64,000 bases of DNA, taken from positions 3,520,001 through 3,584,000 of the forward strand of contig NZ_JAQNDL010000001.1 in the NCBI RefSeq assembly GCF_028368995.1, read 5' to 3'. The notes beneath the pieces are model-generated. The model was given only the letters and a program-made list of their open reading frames with translations, was not told the DNA's origin and did no database searches. Source of the DNA: Nannocystis bainbridge. GTDB lineage: Bacteria; Myxococcota_A; Polyangia; Nannocystales; Nannocystaceae. Shown here one piece after another: positions 21,347 through 30,852 of the stretch. Position 1 is the first letter of the stretch; the number at the start of each line of letters is the position of its first letter. A program made the translations under genes and the position numbers.

Positions 21347-22807
21347 TTACTTCGGAGCCGCGGCGCCGCCGGCGGGCGGAGCGCTGGGCGCCGGAGCGCT
21401 GCCGGCGGCCTCGGCGGCCTCGGCCTGCTTCTCGAGATCGAGGAGTCGCTTGCGCTCTTCCTCTTCCTGCTTCTTCGCGATCGCCTCGAGCTCCTTGGCC
21501 TTCTTCATCATCTCCTCGGAGACGCGGTTGAAGGCGATGGTCTCATCGATGGTGGCGATGCGGTCCTTGGCCAGCAGCACCTGCTGGGACCACTTCTTGT
21601 CGCTCTTCACCGTCTCGATGAACTTGTTGTAGTGGCCCTTGGCGACGTTGATCAGCTTCTCGTTCTGCGCGGTGTCGACGGTGTCCTGGGTGCTGATGTG
21701 ATCCTGGTACAGCACGCCGAGGTTGTAGATCGGGCGCGGATCGGAGGCATTGAGCTTGAGCGCCTTGTTGTACGACGCCTCGGCCTCCTTGAACTTCCTC
21801 AGGCCGCGCTGCGCCACGCCGAGAGCGAGGTGCGCCTCGGTGTTCTTGGCCTGACGCGAGTCCTTCAGCGCGATCTCGAACGCCTTCTCGGCCGTCGCGT
21901 AGTCGCGGAAGCGGATCGAGATGAAGCCGATGTTGAGGTTCGCCTCGACATGGTTGGCCTCGACTCGCACCGCCTCCTTGAACGCCTTGAGGGCGTTGAC
22001 CTGGTCCTGACGCTCGAGCAGCAGCAGGCCCTGGATGTTGTAGAGGTCGGCGGACTCGCGGCTCTCGGTCTTGAGCACGCGGACGCCCTGGGTCACCACG
22101 AGGTTCGCGAGCACCAGATACGACTTGTCCTTGCTGTGACCGCGGTCGTAGTAGATGCGCGCGAGGTTCTCGTAGGCGGCCTGGTTGCCCGAGTCGAGGG
22201 CCAGCACGCCCTGGATCGACTTCTCCGCCTCGTTGAAGGCGTTGACGTCGGTGTTGCTGGCGTACTGGTTGCGCAGCAGGCCGGCGACGTTGTTGCGGGC
22301 GGCGCGGGCCGACAGCTTGTTGGCCTCGACGCCCTTCTTGAACATGTCGAGGGCTTTCGACTCCTGGCCCTTCTTCCAGTAGATGACGCCGAGGTTGTTG
22401 TAGGCGAGGTCGAACTTGGGCGCCTGCGAGATGAGCTGGGCGTAGATGCCCTCGGCCTTATCGGACTGGCCGCACTCCTCGTAGACGACGCCCGAGTTGA
22501 ACTGCGCCAGCGCCATCTGCACGCCGTGAGTCTTGTAGACCTTCTGGAACGCGCCCGCGACGCGCTCGCACTCGTCGCCGCTGATCTTCCCGTCGCTCTT
22601 GGCCGCGTTGTAGGTCTTCACGGCCGCTGCGAAGTCGTTCTTCGCCTCCTTCGAGGCTTCGGCCGGCGCGGGCCCGCTCGGGCCGCCGCCGCCGCCGCCA
22701 CCGCCACCGCCACCGTCCGGGGTGTTGGTGCTGGTCTTGTTCTTCCCGCAGGCCGTCAATGCGACAGCCAGGGCGCCGATGCTTGCGATCTTGATCAGGT
22801 TACGCAT
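21347..22807 (-). CDS. gltE: GltE/AglT TPR lipoprotein
   Basis: AAAGGAG RBS, ATG at 22807, lipobox LTAC, TPR repeats and a C-terminal coiled coil. Lies directly downstream of gltD. Confidence 0.82.
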   Translation of the reverse strand: MRNLIKIASIGALAVALTACGKNKTSTNTPDGGGGGGGGGGGPSGPAPAEASKEAKNDFAAAVKTYNAAKSDGKISGDECERVAGAFQKVYKTHGVQMALAQFNSGVVYEECGQSDKAEGIYAQLISQAPKFDLAYNNLGVIYWKKGQESKALDMFKKGVEANKLSARAARNNVAGLLRNQYASNTDVNAFNEAEKSIQGVLALDSGNQAAYENLARIYYDRGHSKDKSYLVLANLVVTQGVRVLKTESRESADLYNIQGLLLLERQDQVNALKAFKEAVRVEANHVEANLNIGFISIRFRDYATAEKAFEIALKDSRQAKNTEAHLALGVAQRGLRKFKEAEASYNKALKLNASDPRPIYNLGVLYQDHISTQDTVDTAQNEKLINVAKGHYNKFIETVKSDKKWSQQVLLAKDRIATIDETIAFNRVSEEMMKKAKELEAIAKKQEEEERKRLLDLEKQAEAAEAAGSAPAPSAPPAGGAAAPK

Positions 22808-22839
22808 GGTGGTCGCTCCTTTGCTGGCTGCTGCCGGCC

Positions 22840-25800
22840 TCACTCGCTGTCCTCGTCGCCGTCGTCGGCCTTCTCGGCGGGCTTCTCAGCCGGCTTCTCG
22901 GCCGCGGCGCCGACGCTCGCCTTGCGCTTCTCACCCTCGAGGTCGAGCTGCACGTCCACGCGATCGGGGCGGCTCGCCGTGTACTGCGAGACGCCGAAGA
23001 TCTCTTCGGTCGCCGGATACTTGTCGGGCTCGCGCTGCTGGAGCTCCTCCTCGCACAGGCGGGAGAACTCGTTGAAGAACTGGAAGGTCGTCGAACGCTC
23101 GAGGCAGAACGAGAACTTCTTGACCGCGTCCTCCTGGATCGGCTGGGCCTTGTCGCCGAGCTCGTCGCAGAAGGCGTAGGCCTGCTCCTCGGTCTTGAAC
23201 TCCTTCGGCACCTCGGCGCGATAGAGCTGATCCGCGTAGTTCTGCGAGACCATGGCCGAGCGGGCGGCGGCGGCGAGCATCCAGTACGGGCTCTGCTTGG
23301 CGTTGACGATGCCGTCGTACTGCTGCTGCAGCGCCTGACCCTGCTTGGTCTTCTTCTCGTAGAACTCGAGGAAGCGCTTGGTCGAGTCGGCCTTCTTCGC
23401 GACCTGCTCCTTGTATTCCTTCTCCCACTTCGGCAGGCCGGCGTCCTTCTTCCACTCTTCGACGAAGAAGCTGAGGCCGCCCGGCATCTCGATCTTCAGG
23501 TAGTCCTCGTACTGACGGTCGGCCTTGTACACGCCCGACATGGCGACGGCGTTGGCGAAGTCCTCGCGCCGGTCGCGGTCCTCCTCGGGCACGTTGATCT
23601 TGCTCTTCGCCAGCTTGAGCACGCTGTCGAAGTACTTCTGCGCCTCTTCCGCCTTCTTCTTGTTGCGGGAGTGGACGGTGATGATGCCGGAGGTGGCCGA
23701 GCCGCAGTACTCCGGGATGTCCTGCTTCTTGCTGGCCGAAGCGGCGGCGCCCTTCTTCTCGGTGCCCTTCTTGACCTTCTTCTTCAGCGCCTCGGCGGCG
23801 GCGCGGGCCTTGTCACCGGCCTGCGCCTTCTTGCGCTTGATGGTGATGCACGAGTCGTAGAGCAGGCCCTCGGCGCACGACTGGCGCCACAGGATCTGGC
23901 CGATGTTGGCCTCGGCGACGATGCGACGGTCCAGGCCGCCGTTCTTGCCGTAGATCTTGAGGTACTCCTCGGCGTGCCGGAGCTTCTCGTCCTCGGTCTT
24001 GAGGATGTCGTGCTTCGACCAGAAGATCTTGGCGGCGAGCTCCGGGTTGTCCTTGCGGTAGAGACCCTCGTACTTCGACAGGTCGGCGCTGGCCTGCTGG
24101 TCCTGGCCGAGGCCGAGGCGGAACAGGTAGGCGTTGCGCAGGTAGTCGGGCGACTGCTTGTCCTTGATGTACTTCTCCGCGTACAGCTCCATGTGCTGCG
24201 CGGCCTTGTCGTACATCGCGATGGCCTGGTAGTTGCCGGCGAGGTTCGACAGCGTCTCCTGGTAGTGCTGACTGGTCGGGAACTTCTCGAGCAGGATCTT
24301 GCGGAAGCGAACCGACTGACCGAGCAGGAAGGCCGCCTCGTAGCACTCGGCCGCGTTCCAGATCAGCGTCGAGGCCTTCTCGTGGGCGTCGCCGTACTCG
24401 TTGTAGATGGCGATGAACTGCTCGGCGCACTTGCGGTAGCCGTCGGGGTCGCCCTTCCGGCCGGCCTCGAGGTAGGTCATGCCCTTCTTCCAGCCGATGC
24501 CGGCGAGGAGCCGCGGGATCGCTTCCTTCAGCTCGTCGGCCTCAGGATGCGTGTAGACCTTCATCTTCTGCATCTTCTTCGACCACGTCTCGAGGTCGTC
24601 GGATGCCTTGATCGCCTCCTCGGGCGTCAGATTCTTGTCGATCCAGCGGATCGTCAGGATGTCGAGGAGCATCTCGGAGCACCAAGCGGCGTAGATGGAG
24701 CCGTCGAACTTGACGACCATCTCCTCCAGGAGCGGGCGCGCCTCCTGGAACTTGTTGTGCACCATCATGAGCTTCGCCCGGTGGTAGACGATCTTGGGCA
24801 GCTCGGGGTCCTTCGGGTCTTTGACGTACTTCTGGTAGATGTCGTACGCCTCGATCATCTTCTTCTCGTCCTCGGCGTAGTCGCTCTCCGGGTACGAAAG
24901 ATTCTGATCGCCCTTGGTGTTCTCGTCGGTCTTGGTCTTCTTCTTCTTCTCTTTTTCCTTGTAGACGCAAAGACCTTCGGCGTTCGTCTTGCAGGACTTC
25001 GCCTGACCGCCCGTCTCGTCGTACTCGAGGGCGTTCTTCATCGCCAACATCTGCGCGTAGGCAGCGTCCTGCGTGAACTTGCCCTCGGGGTTGATCTCGA
25101 GGACCTTGACGAACTCTTCGTGGGCGCGACGGAACTTGGTCAGGCCGTCGGGCTTGGTCTTCTTGTCACTGACGAGCGAGCTGGCGCGAGCCCACAGCAG
25201 CTCCGCGTAGAACATCTGGATCTCGTACGAGTCCTTGTCCTTCGGGAAGGTCTTGAGGAAGCCCTCGTAGGCCCGCTCGGCGAGCGTGTACGTGGCCTCG
25301 TTCTTGGTCTTCTCGGCCTCGTCGTGCCACACGGTGGCCATCTGCTTCATCGTGTCGAGCGTCTCGTCTCGGCACTTGCGCTTGACGGCTTCCTTCTGCG
25401 ACCCGTTCTTGAACTTGTCCCAGTACTCGCCCAGGCGCGCCGTCTCGGTCCACTGGACTTCCTTGTTGTCGGTCGCCAGCGCGTTGATGACGACGCGGCC
25501 CTGCCACTCACAGGTCTGCGGGTCCTCGGGGAACAGCTCCTGCAGCTTGTGATAGGTGTACGTCGACTCGGTGTACATGCCCTGCCCGAAGTACTGGACT
25601 GCGAGCAGCTCCATCATCTTGCGGGACATGTTCTCGTCTTCCTTGGGGCCGTCGCCGACCTTCTGGAAGAACTCCCACGCCTTGGACGGCTTGCCCGACA
25701 TGACGAAGGCGCGGACGAGGTCGCGACGGGCGTCGCGGCGCAGCTGCCTGGCGTTCGCTTCGCTGCCGGCGCGGCCCTCGAGGGTCGCGGTGATCGTCTT

Positions 25801-26721
25801 GACGAAGAAGTCGAGGCTGAGGTCGTAGCGCGGGTCGGCGGTGCCGACCGGGTTCAGGTGACACCACGCCATCTTGTAGAGCGCGTAGGCGTAGACCGGG
25901 CTGTCCTTGAAGGTGATGACCTTCTCGTACAGCTGGAGGGCGTCGCCGATCTTGCTCTGGGCGAAGTAGTAGTCGGCGAAGCTGAGGTACGCGTTCGGGA
26001 TGTACTGGCTGTTCGGGTAGTCCTGAATCAGCCGGATGTACGCGTCCTTCATCTCCTGCTCGCGCTTGAGCTGGCCGAGCTCGAACGCGTAGAAGTACAG
26101 GGCCTCGTCGAGGCGCTTGTACTTGCTGAGGCCGGGGTCGGTGACGAGAGCCTTGTAGAGCTTGACGGCCTGCTCGCTGGCGGCCTTGGACTGCGCGTCG
26201 AACTTGGCCTGCTTGGCCTTGAGCTGGTCGGCCTTGCCCTTCTGCTTGGCCTCCTCCGCCTGGAAGATCGGGTCGTAGAGGGCGCCGGACTGGGTCTCGA
26301 AGTACGCCTTCTTCTCGAGGAAGTGGTCCGACAGGCGGTACAGCAGGTCCGGGTAGTCCGGGTGAGACTTGTCGGTCGCGTTGAGGAGGCGCTTGAGCTG
26401 CTCGATCTGCGTGTCGGCGATCTCTTGGGCGACCGCGGCGCGCTTCTTGGCGAACTCCTGCCCCTCCATCATGTCGACGCGGCGCTTGGTCTCTTTCTCC
26501 TGCCGCTCTTTCTCTTCCTTGAACTTCGTGTCGAGCGTGTCCTTGGTGCGGACCTTGCCGGACTTGCGGTTGTACTTGACGGCACTGTTCGCCTCGGCGC
26601 CGCCCTCCGCCGGGGCCTGCGCGCTGGCAGGAGCCGCGGCGGCGAAGACGACCACCGCGAGACCGACGCCGCTCAGGATGTTCAGCTTGCGAAACTTGCG
26701 GGGATGGCTGTGTGGCTTCAT
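22840..26721 (-). CDS. gltD: GltD/AgmU periplasmic TPR gliding protein (1293 aa)
   Basis: Signal peptide, DLLYRLS...DEALYFYA...LIQDYPNSQYIPNAYLSFADYYF, multiple TPRs and C-terminal PIQEDAVKKFSFCLERS...DKYP. Confidence 0.85.
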   Translation of the reverse strand: MKPHSHPRKFRKLNILSGVGLAVVVFAAAAPASAQAPAEGGAEANSAVKYNRKSGKVRTKDTLDTKFKEEKERQEKETKRRVDMMEGQEFAKKRAAVAQEIADTQIEQLKRLLNATDKSHPDYPDLLYRLSDHFLEKKAYFETQSGALYDPIFQAEEAKQKGKADQLKAKQAKFDAQSKAASEQAVKLYKALVTDPGLSKYKRLDEALYFYAFELGQLKREQEMKDAYIRLIQDYPNSQYIPNAYLSFADYYFAQSKIGDALQLYEKVITFKDSPVYAYALYKMAWCHLNPVGTADPRYDLSLDFFVKTITATLEGRAGSEANARQLRRDARRDLVRAFVMSGKPSKAWEFFQKVGDGPKEDENMSRKMMELLAVQYFGQGMYTESTYTYHKLQELFPEDPQTCEWQGRVVINALATDNKEVQWTETARLGEYWDKFKNGSQKEAVKRKCRDETLDTMKQMATVWHDEAEKTKNEATYTLAERAYEGFLKTFPKDKDSYEIQMFYAELLWARASSLVSDKKTKPDGLTKFRRAHEEFVKVLEINPEGKFTQDAAYAQMLAMKNALEYDETGGQAKSCKTNAEGLCVYKEKEKKKKTKTDENTKGDQNLSYPESDYAEDEKKMIEAYDIYQKYVKDPKDPELPKIVYHRAKLMMVHNKFQEARPLLEEMVVKFDGSIYAAWCSEMLLDILTIRWIDKNLTPEEAIKASDDLETWSKKMQKMKVYTHPEADELKEAIPRLLAGIGWKKGMTYLEAGRKGDPDGYRKCAEQFIAIYNEYGDAHEKASTLIWNAAECYEAAFLLGQSVRFRKILLEKFPTSQHYQETLSNLAGNYQAIAMYDKAAQHMELYAEKYIKDKQSPDYLRNAYLFRLGLGQDQQASADLSKYEGLYRKDNPELAAKIFWSKHDILKTEDEKLRHAEEYLKIYGKNGGLDRRIVAEANIGQILWRQSCAEGLLYDSCITIKRKKAQAGDKARAAAEALKKKVKKGTEKKGAAASASKKQDIPEYCGSATSGIITVHSRNKKKAEEAQKYFDSVLKLAKSKINVPEEDRDRREDFANAVAMSGVYKADRQYEDYLKIEMPGGLSFFVEEWKKDAGLPKWEKEYKEQVAKKADSTKRFLEFYEKKTKQGQALQQQYDGIVNAKQSPYWMLAAAARSAMVSQNYADQLYRAEVPKEFKTEEQAYAFCDELGDKAQPIQEDAVKKFSFCLERSTTFQFFNEFSRLCEEELQQREPDKYPATEEIFGVSQYTASRPDRVDVQLDLEGEKRKASVGAAAEKPAEKPAEKADDGDEDSE

Positions 26722-26781
26722 GGACCTCTACCTCAGATGGCGGGTCCACGGGACCCGGCCTTGTTGCTGGCTCTTGTCAAA

Positions 26782-26815
26782 CGCCGGCGAGGTCGCGCGC
26801 ATGACCTCGCCGGCG
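26782..26815 (-). terminator. Hairpin between gltC and gltD (terminator or mRNA-stabilising stem)
   Basis: CGCCGGCGAGGTC-N8-GACCTCGCCGGCG (13-bp perfect stem) followed by TTTG on the minus strand. Confidence 0.5.
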
Positions 26816-26824
26816 CCGCCGCGG

Positions 26825-28591
26825 CTACTCCTCCTTGCAGCGGCTAGTAACCTTGTAGTTGTAGTAACCGAGCTCGTCTTTCCAGTACTCGCCGTTGTAG
26901 TTGTAGATCTCGTGCTCGGCGTCGACCTTCGGTCGCACCGGACGGCGCTCGGTTGCTGCGCCGGCGTCGCCGGCCTTGATGCGGTTCAAGATCTCGTACT
27001 CGATCTTGATCGCCTCGCGCTCGAGGTCGTTGATCTGCTGGATCTGCTGGACCAACCGGTTACGCGCGAGGGCGCCGGTCGACTCCTTGCCCAGCGAGAG
27101 CAAGCCGTCGAGCGTCTCCGTGATCTGCTCGGCGAGCGGGCTGCCCTTGAAGTCGGACTTGGCGTCCTCGAGCTGACCCTGCTCGCGCACCAGCTCGTTG
27201 ACGAACGCGTAGTTCTTCTCGAGCGTCTTGTCCTGCAGCGACTTCTGAGCGACCTCCTCGACGAACGGGTCGAGCTTCGACTCGCTGTTGCGGATCTTCA
27301 CGCTGAGGTCGAACAGCGCGAAGTCCTCGGGCGCCTTGGCGAGCAGGTCCTTGAGGTCGTCGCGGGTCTTCGGGTACTTGCGGTTGAACTCCTCGATCGC
27401 CAGCTTCGCGGGCTGGTAGCGGCAGTTGAAGTAGTACGTGACCGCCTTGAGGATGATCGACTCGGGGTACAGGTAGTCGTAGAAGAACGGCGCGTTGAGC
27501 GTGTGGATGTACCCGAGCGTGCGCTGGTAGTGGATGTTCGACTGCTCCGGCTCGACCTCGACGAGGCGGAACTCCGTCCACGACGACGCGAGGATCGAAT
27601 CGAGCCAGTAGGGCGAGGCCAGCGGAATTTTGTCGTAGTACTTCAGCGCCGTGTCGTACTTGCCGACCTGGTAGAAGATGTAGCCGAGGGCGAGGTTGGC
27701 CCGCTCCTCGTAGCGCTGCATCTCCTCCTCGAAGCTCAGCTCCTCGATCTCGCCGGCGACCTGCTTCTGCTTGTTCTTCTTGGCGAGCTTGGCCTTGGCC
27801 TTGGCTTCCTTCTTGCGCTTCTTCTTGTCCTTGGCCCAACCCTCGCGTAGCGAGATGTTCTTGCGGAGGACGTTCTTGAACGCCTCGACCGCCTGCGGGC
27901 CGTGGAACTCGCGCGTCTCGGCGACGCCGAGGAAGAACTGCGCCGGGATGTAGTAGTCGCTGTTGTCCGGCACCTGGCCGAGCAGCGCGATCGACTGCCC
28001 GAGGTCGCCCTTCTGGTAGTAGAAGCGGCCGAGCAGGTAGTACAGCTCGTCGCGCACCTCGTCGAAGGCCGAGTCCTCGAGCTCGGTCGGCTTGTACGTA
28101 CCGACCTTCTCGAGCACGCCCGCGCCCTCCGGCAGCTCGCGGCTCAGCGACGCCAGCCACGGCAAGGTGAGCTTGTGGTACGGGTGGCTCGGGCCGGTCG
28201 TCACGATCTCGCTGAAGACGGCCAGCGAGACGGCGTAGTACTGCAGCTTGTACAGCGTCTTGCCGAGCCAGAACTGCGCGCGCGACTTGTCGCCAGGGGT
28301 CTTGCCGCTCGCGACCGCGTGGAAGATGACGGCAGCGCCCTGGTAATCCTCGGCCTTGTACTTGTCCTCGGCCTCGGCCAGCACGCCCGTGGCAGCGCCG
28401 TCGGGGTTGCTGGGTGCAGCCACCGGACCCGAGGGCGGCGGGACAGCCGGGCCTGCGGAGGGCGGCGGGACGGCCGGGCCCTTCGCCGGAGGCGGGGGCG
28501 GGGGACCTGCCACAGCCGGCGCCGCGTACAGGGCCCACGTGGCGCAAAGGCTGAGAAGAGTGGTGGACGTCAGTTGGCGGAGCGATTTCAT
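26825..28591 (-). CDS. gltC: GltC periplasmic gliding protein
   Basis: ATG at 28591, signal peptide, Pro-rich linker, AQFWLGKTLYKL, TPRs, HTLNAPFF..YPES.ILKAVTYYFNCRY and the characteristic end YNGEYWKDELGYY.YKVTSRC. Confidence 0.85.
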   Translation of the reverse strand: MKSLRQLTSTTLLSLCATWALYAAPAVAGPPPPPPAKGPAVPPPSAGPAVPPPSGPVAAPSNPDGAATGVLAEAEDKYKAEDYQGAAVIFHAVASGKTPGDKSRAQFWLGKTLYKLQYYAVSLAVFSEIVTTGPSHPYHKLTLPWLASLSRELPEGAGVLEKVGTYKPTELEDSAFDEVRDELYYLLGRFYYQKGDLGQSIALLGQVPDNSDYYIPAQFFLGVAETREFHGPQAVEAFKNVLRKNISLREGWAKDKKKRKKEAKAKAKLAKKNKQKQVAGEIEELSFEEEMQRYEERANLALGYIFYQVGKYDTALKYYDKIPLASPYWLDSILASSWTEFRLVEVEPEQSNIHYQRTLGYIHTLNAPFFYDYLYPESIILKAVTYYFNCRYQPAKLAIEEFNRKYPKTRDDLKDLLAKAPEDFALFDLSVKIRNSESKLDPFVEEVAQKSLQDKTLEKNYAFVNELVREQGQLEDAKSDFKGSPLAEQITETLDGLLSLGKESTGALARNRLVQQIQQINDLEREAIKIEYEILNRIKAGDAGAATERRPVRPKVDAEHEIYNYNGEYWKDELGYYNYKVTSRCKEE

Positions 28592-29363
28592 GCGGTCGAT
28601 GCGTCCTAGGCGTGCGGAGTTTCGGCGATCCGAGAGCAGACCCTCAATCACAAAGTTGCAGGCCGGGGTAGGCGGACCTGCGCGGGGCACTGCGGGCCTT
28701 CATAGGGGTTTTCGGACGATACCAGCGGCGCGCTCACAGCCGCAAGAGCCAGCCGCGAAGGGTTTGGAGAGTCGAGCGCACGGAGAGGAAGAAGCCGAGG
28801 GCCGCGGAGGTTTTCGCGCAGCGACCCGATGACGGCCCCGAACCGAGGCTGCACACCCCGGAGCCGATGAACCGCTCGCCGACCTGCAACGGGGCCCAGC
28901 TTCCGCCGATCTGCGGAGGTTCCGGCGGGCTCGTAAAAATTCCGGAACGGCCTCGACGAGGATTCGTGATTTTTTACACGGGTCGACGGGCAGAACGGCA
29001 CCTGCAGGCATCGCAGCGCGATGCGAGGGCAAGACGGAGATCGCCCACCTGCAGATCCCGGATATTCGTCGCCGAGCAGCGTTCGCCATCGCCGCCCCCC
29101 CGGGGTGCCGGGACCACCGGCGATCGAGGTCCAAGAGCCCGTGCGGACGCTTCTCGGCGCGAACCGGCGTCGCGGTCGGGGCGGCGCCGACGCGCTCCGG
29201 CGGGCACGCGCGGACGGGCGCGCCCGAGTTTGGCCGGCTTTGTCACGCTACAGCCACGTTGAGGTCGGCGCGCATGGCTTCTACGGCGTTTCGCAGCGCT
29301 TGACCCTATGGTCCGGCAGTGTACGATGGGAAACCTGTTCGGCCGCCAAGACTGAGACGCCAC

Positions 29364-29987
29364 ATGCAAGTCACTCGCACGCCTGCTCTCTTGCGCACCG
29401 TCGCCAACGCGTTGGGCGCCCTGCTCCTCGTGCCGCTCCTCGCCGCCTGTCCGAAGGGCGATGTCGGCGCGCCCTGCAATCATGGCGACGTCGACCCGCC
29501 GGCCGACAAGGTCGTGACCTTCCCGGCCCTGAGCTGCAACGACCTCCTCTGCGTCTACGCCGACGAGAAGGACCCGCCGGCCGCCCCCTGCACGACCGAC
29601 GAGATGTGCAACGCGGCCAGCGACGACGGCAAGGCCCGCTTCCAGTGCGTCGAGTCGAAGTGCGAGCTCTCGTCGACCTACGTGCTCGAGCGCTCGATGT
29701 GCTCGAAGACCTGCTCGTCCGACACCGACTGCCAGGACGGCGGCCTCGGCAAGCAAGTGCTCGCGCAGGAGTCCAACTGCGAGGCCGGCTTCAGCTGCGT
29801 GCAGATCCAGAAGCTCGGCGAGTTCTGCTGCCAGAAGCTCTGCGTGTGCAACGACGACCTGTCGCAGGGCACCGTCGACGAGCTCGCCACGCAGTGCGCG
29901 GCGCTCCCGACCGACCAGAACGGCAAGCCGATCTGCGAGGACGAGATGATGCCCACGCCGCCGCCCGCCGACACCACCGGCGCCTAG
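29364..29987 (+). CDS. gltK: Cys-rich lipoprotein, GltK/CglC(AgmO)-like
   Basis: Lipobox LAAC. The pattern VGAPC...VTFPALSCNDLLCV...CSKTC...C resembles CglC. Divergent from gltC. Confidence 0.65.
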   Translation: MQVTRTPALLRTVANALGALLLVPLLAACPKGDVGAPCNHGDVDPPADKVVTFPALSCNDLLCVYADEKDPPAAPCTTDEMCNAASDDGKARFQCVESKCELSSTYVLERSMCSKTCSSDTDCQDGGLGKQVLAQESNCEAGFSCVQIQKLGEFCCQKLCVCNDDLSQGTVDELATQCAALPTDQNGKPICEDEMMPTPPPADTTGA

Positions 29988-29991
29988 CGCG

Positions 29992-30429
29992 TCACGGATT
30001 TCGATCCGCTTCGAAGGCCCCGGGGATCCAAGAGATCCGCGGGGCCTTCTCGCGTGGGTCGTCTTCGGCAGCGAGCGAGTCGTCGCTCGTCAGCACGCTG
30101 ACGACGTCGAAGCGCACGGCCACGGTCTCCCACAAGTCGCGGCCGACCAGCCACGCCGCTGCACCGCGTCGCAGCCGGGCCTGCTTCCGCGAGTCGACCG
30201 TCTCCTCCGGCGTGCCGGCCCGATCGTCTCCGCGGCTGCGGACCTCCACGAATACGTATGTGTCGACGCGATCGTCCACGCCGGCAGGCACGAGCCCGAC
30301 CAAATCGAGCTCCACACCACCCGCGCGGACGTTGCGGTCGACGACGAGGAGGCCGCGCGCCTCAAGGAAGCGTGCGGCCTGTTCCTCCGCCAGTTGGCCG
30401 CGCACCCGGGTAGAGGGTGGCGCGGGCAT
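29992..30429 (-). CDS. yraN: YraN/UPF0102 family putative endonuclease
   Basis: G..AE..AARFL...GL.VVDRN...ELDLV...VFVEVRSR...VRFDVVSV. Usual position after rplS. Confidence 0.9.
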   Translation of the reverse strand: MPAPPSTRVRGQLAEEQAARFLEARGLLVVDRNVRAGGVELDLVGLVPAGVDDRVDTYVFVEVRSRGDDRAGTPEETVDSRKQARLRRGAAAWLVGRDLWETVAVRFDVVSVLTSDDSLAAEDDPREKAPRISWIPGAFEADRNP

Positions 30430-30435
30430 CGTGGC

Positions 30436-30852
30436 TCAGTCGCCCTGGGGCTCGGTCGACTCGCTGCTGGCCGAGGCGAGCCCTTCGTTGCCGTAGCCGC
30501 CGAGGCGGGCGCGAATGCGGGCGGCGTTGCCGCTGAGGTTGCGCAGGTAGTAGAGCTTGGCCTTGCGGACCTTGCCGCGGCTGACGAGCTCGACCTTCAC
30601 GACGCGGGGCGAGTTGACCGCCCAGACGCGCTCGACGCCGACACCGTGGGAGATCTTCCGAACGGTGAAGGAGCCGCGGGCGCCGCCACGCTTGCGGTGG
30701 ATGCAGACGCCTTGGAAGACCTGGATGCGATCCTTGCCGCCTTCGGAGATCTTCGCGTGGACGCGAATGGTGTCACCGGGACGGAACTCGGGGACATCGG
30801 CCCGCTTGTAGGAGGCCTCGATCGCTTCAATCAACGGGTTACTGTTGCTCAT
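30436..30852 (-). CDS. rplS: 50S ribosomal protein L19
   Basis: [12 protein letters not shown]...[10 protein letters not shown]...[14 protein letters not shown]...[12 protein letters not shown]. Confidence 0.97.
   Translation of the reverse strand: MSNSNPLIEAIEASYKRADVPEFRPGDTIRVHAKISEGGKDRIQVFQGVCIHRKRGGARGSFTVRKISHGVGVERVWAVNSPRVVKVELVSRGKVRKAKLYYLRNLSGNAARIRARLGGYGNEGLASASSESTEPQGD

Noticed and set aside
28600-29360. Short ORFs or an ncRNA between gltC and gltK
   Set aside because: The translations are Arg/Pro/Ala-rich without motifs and no RNA family was recognised. Treated as a divergent promoter region.
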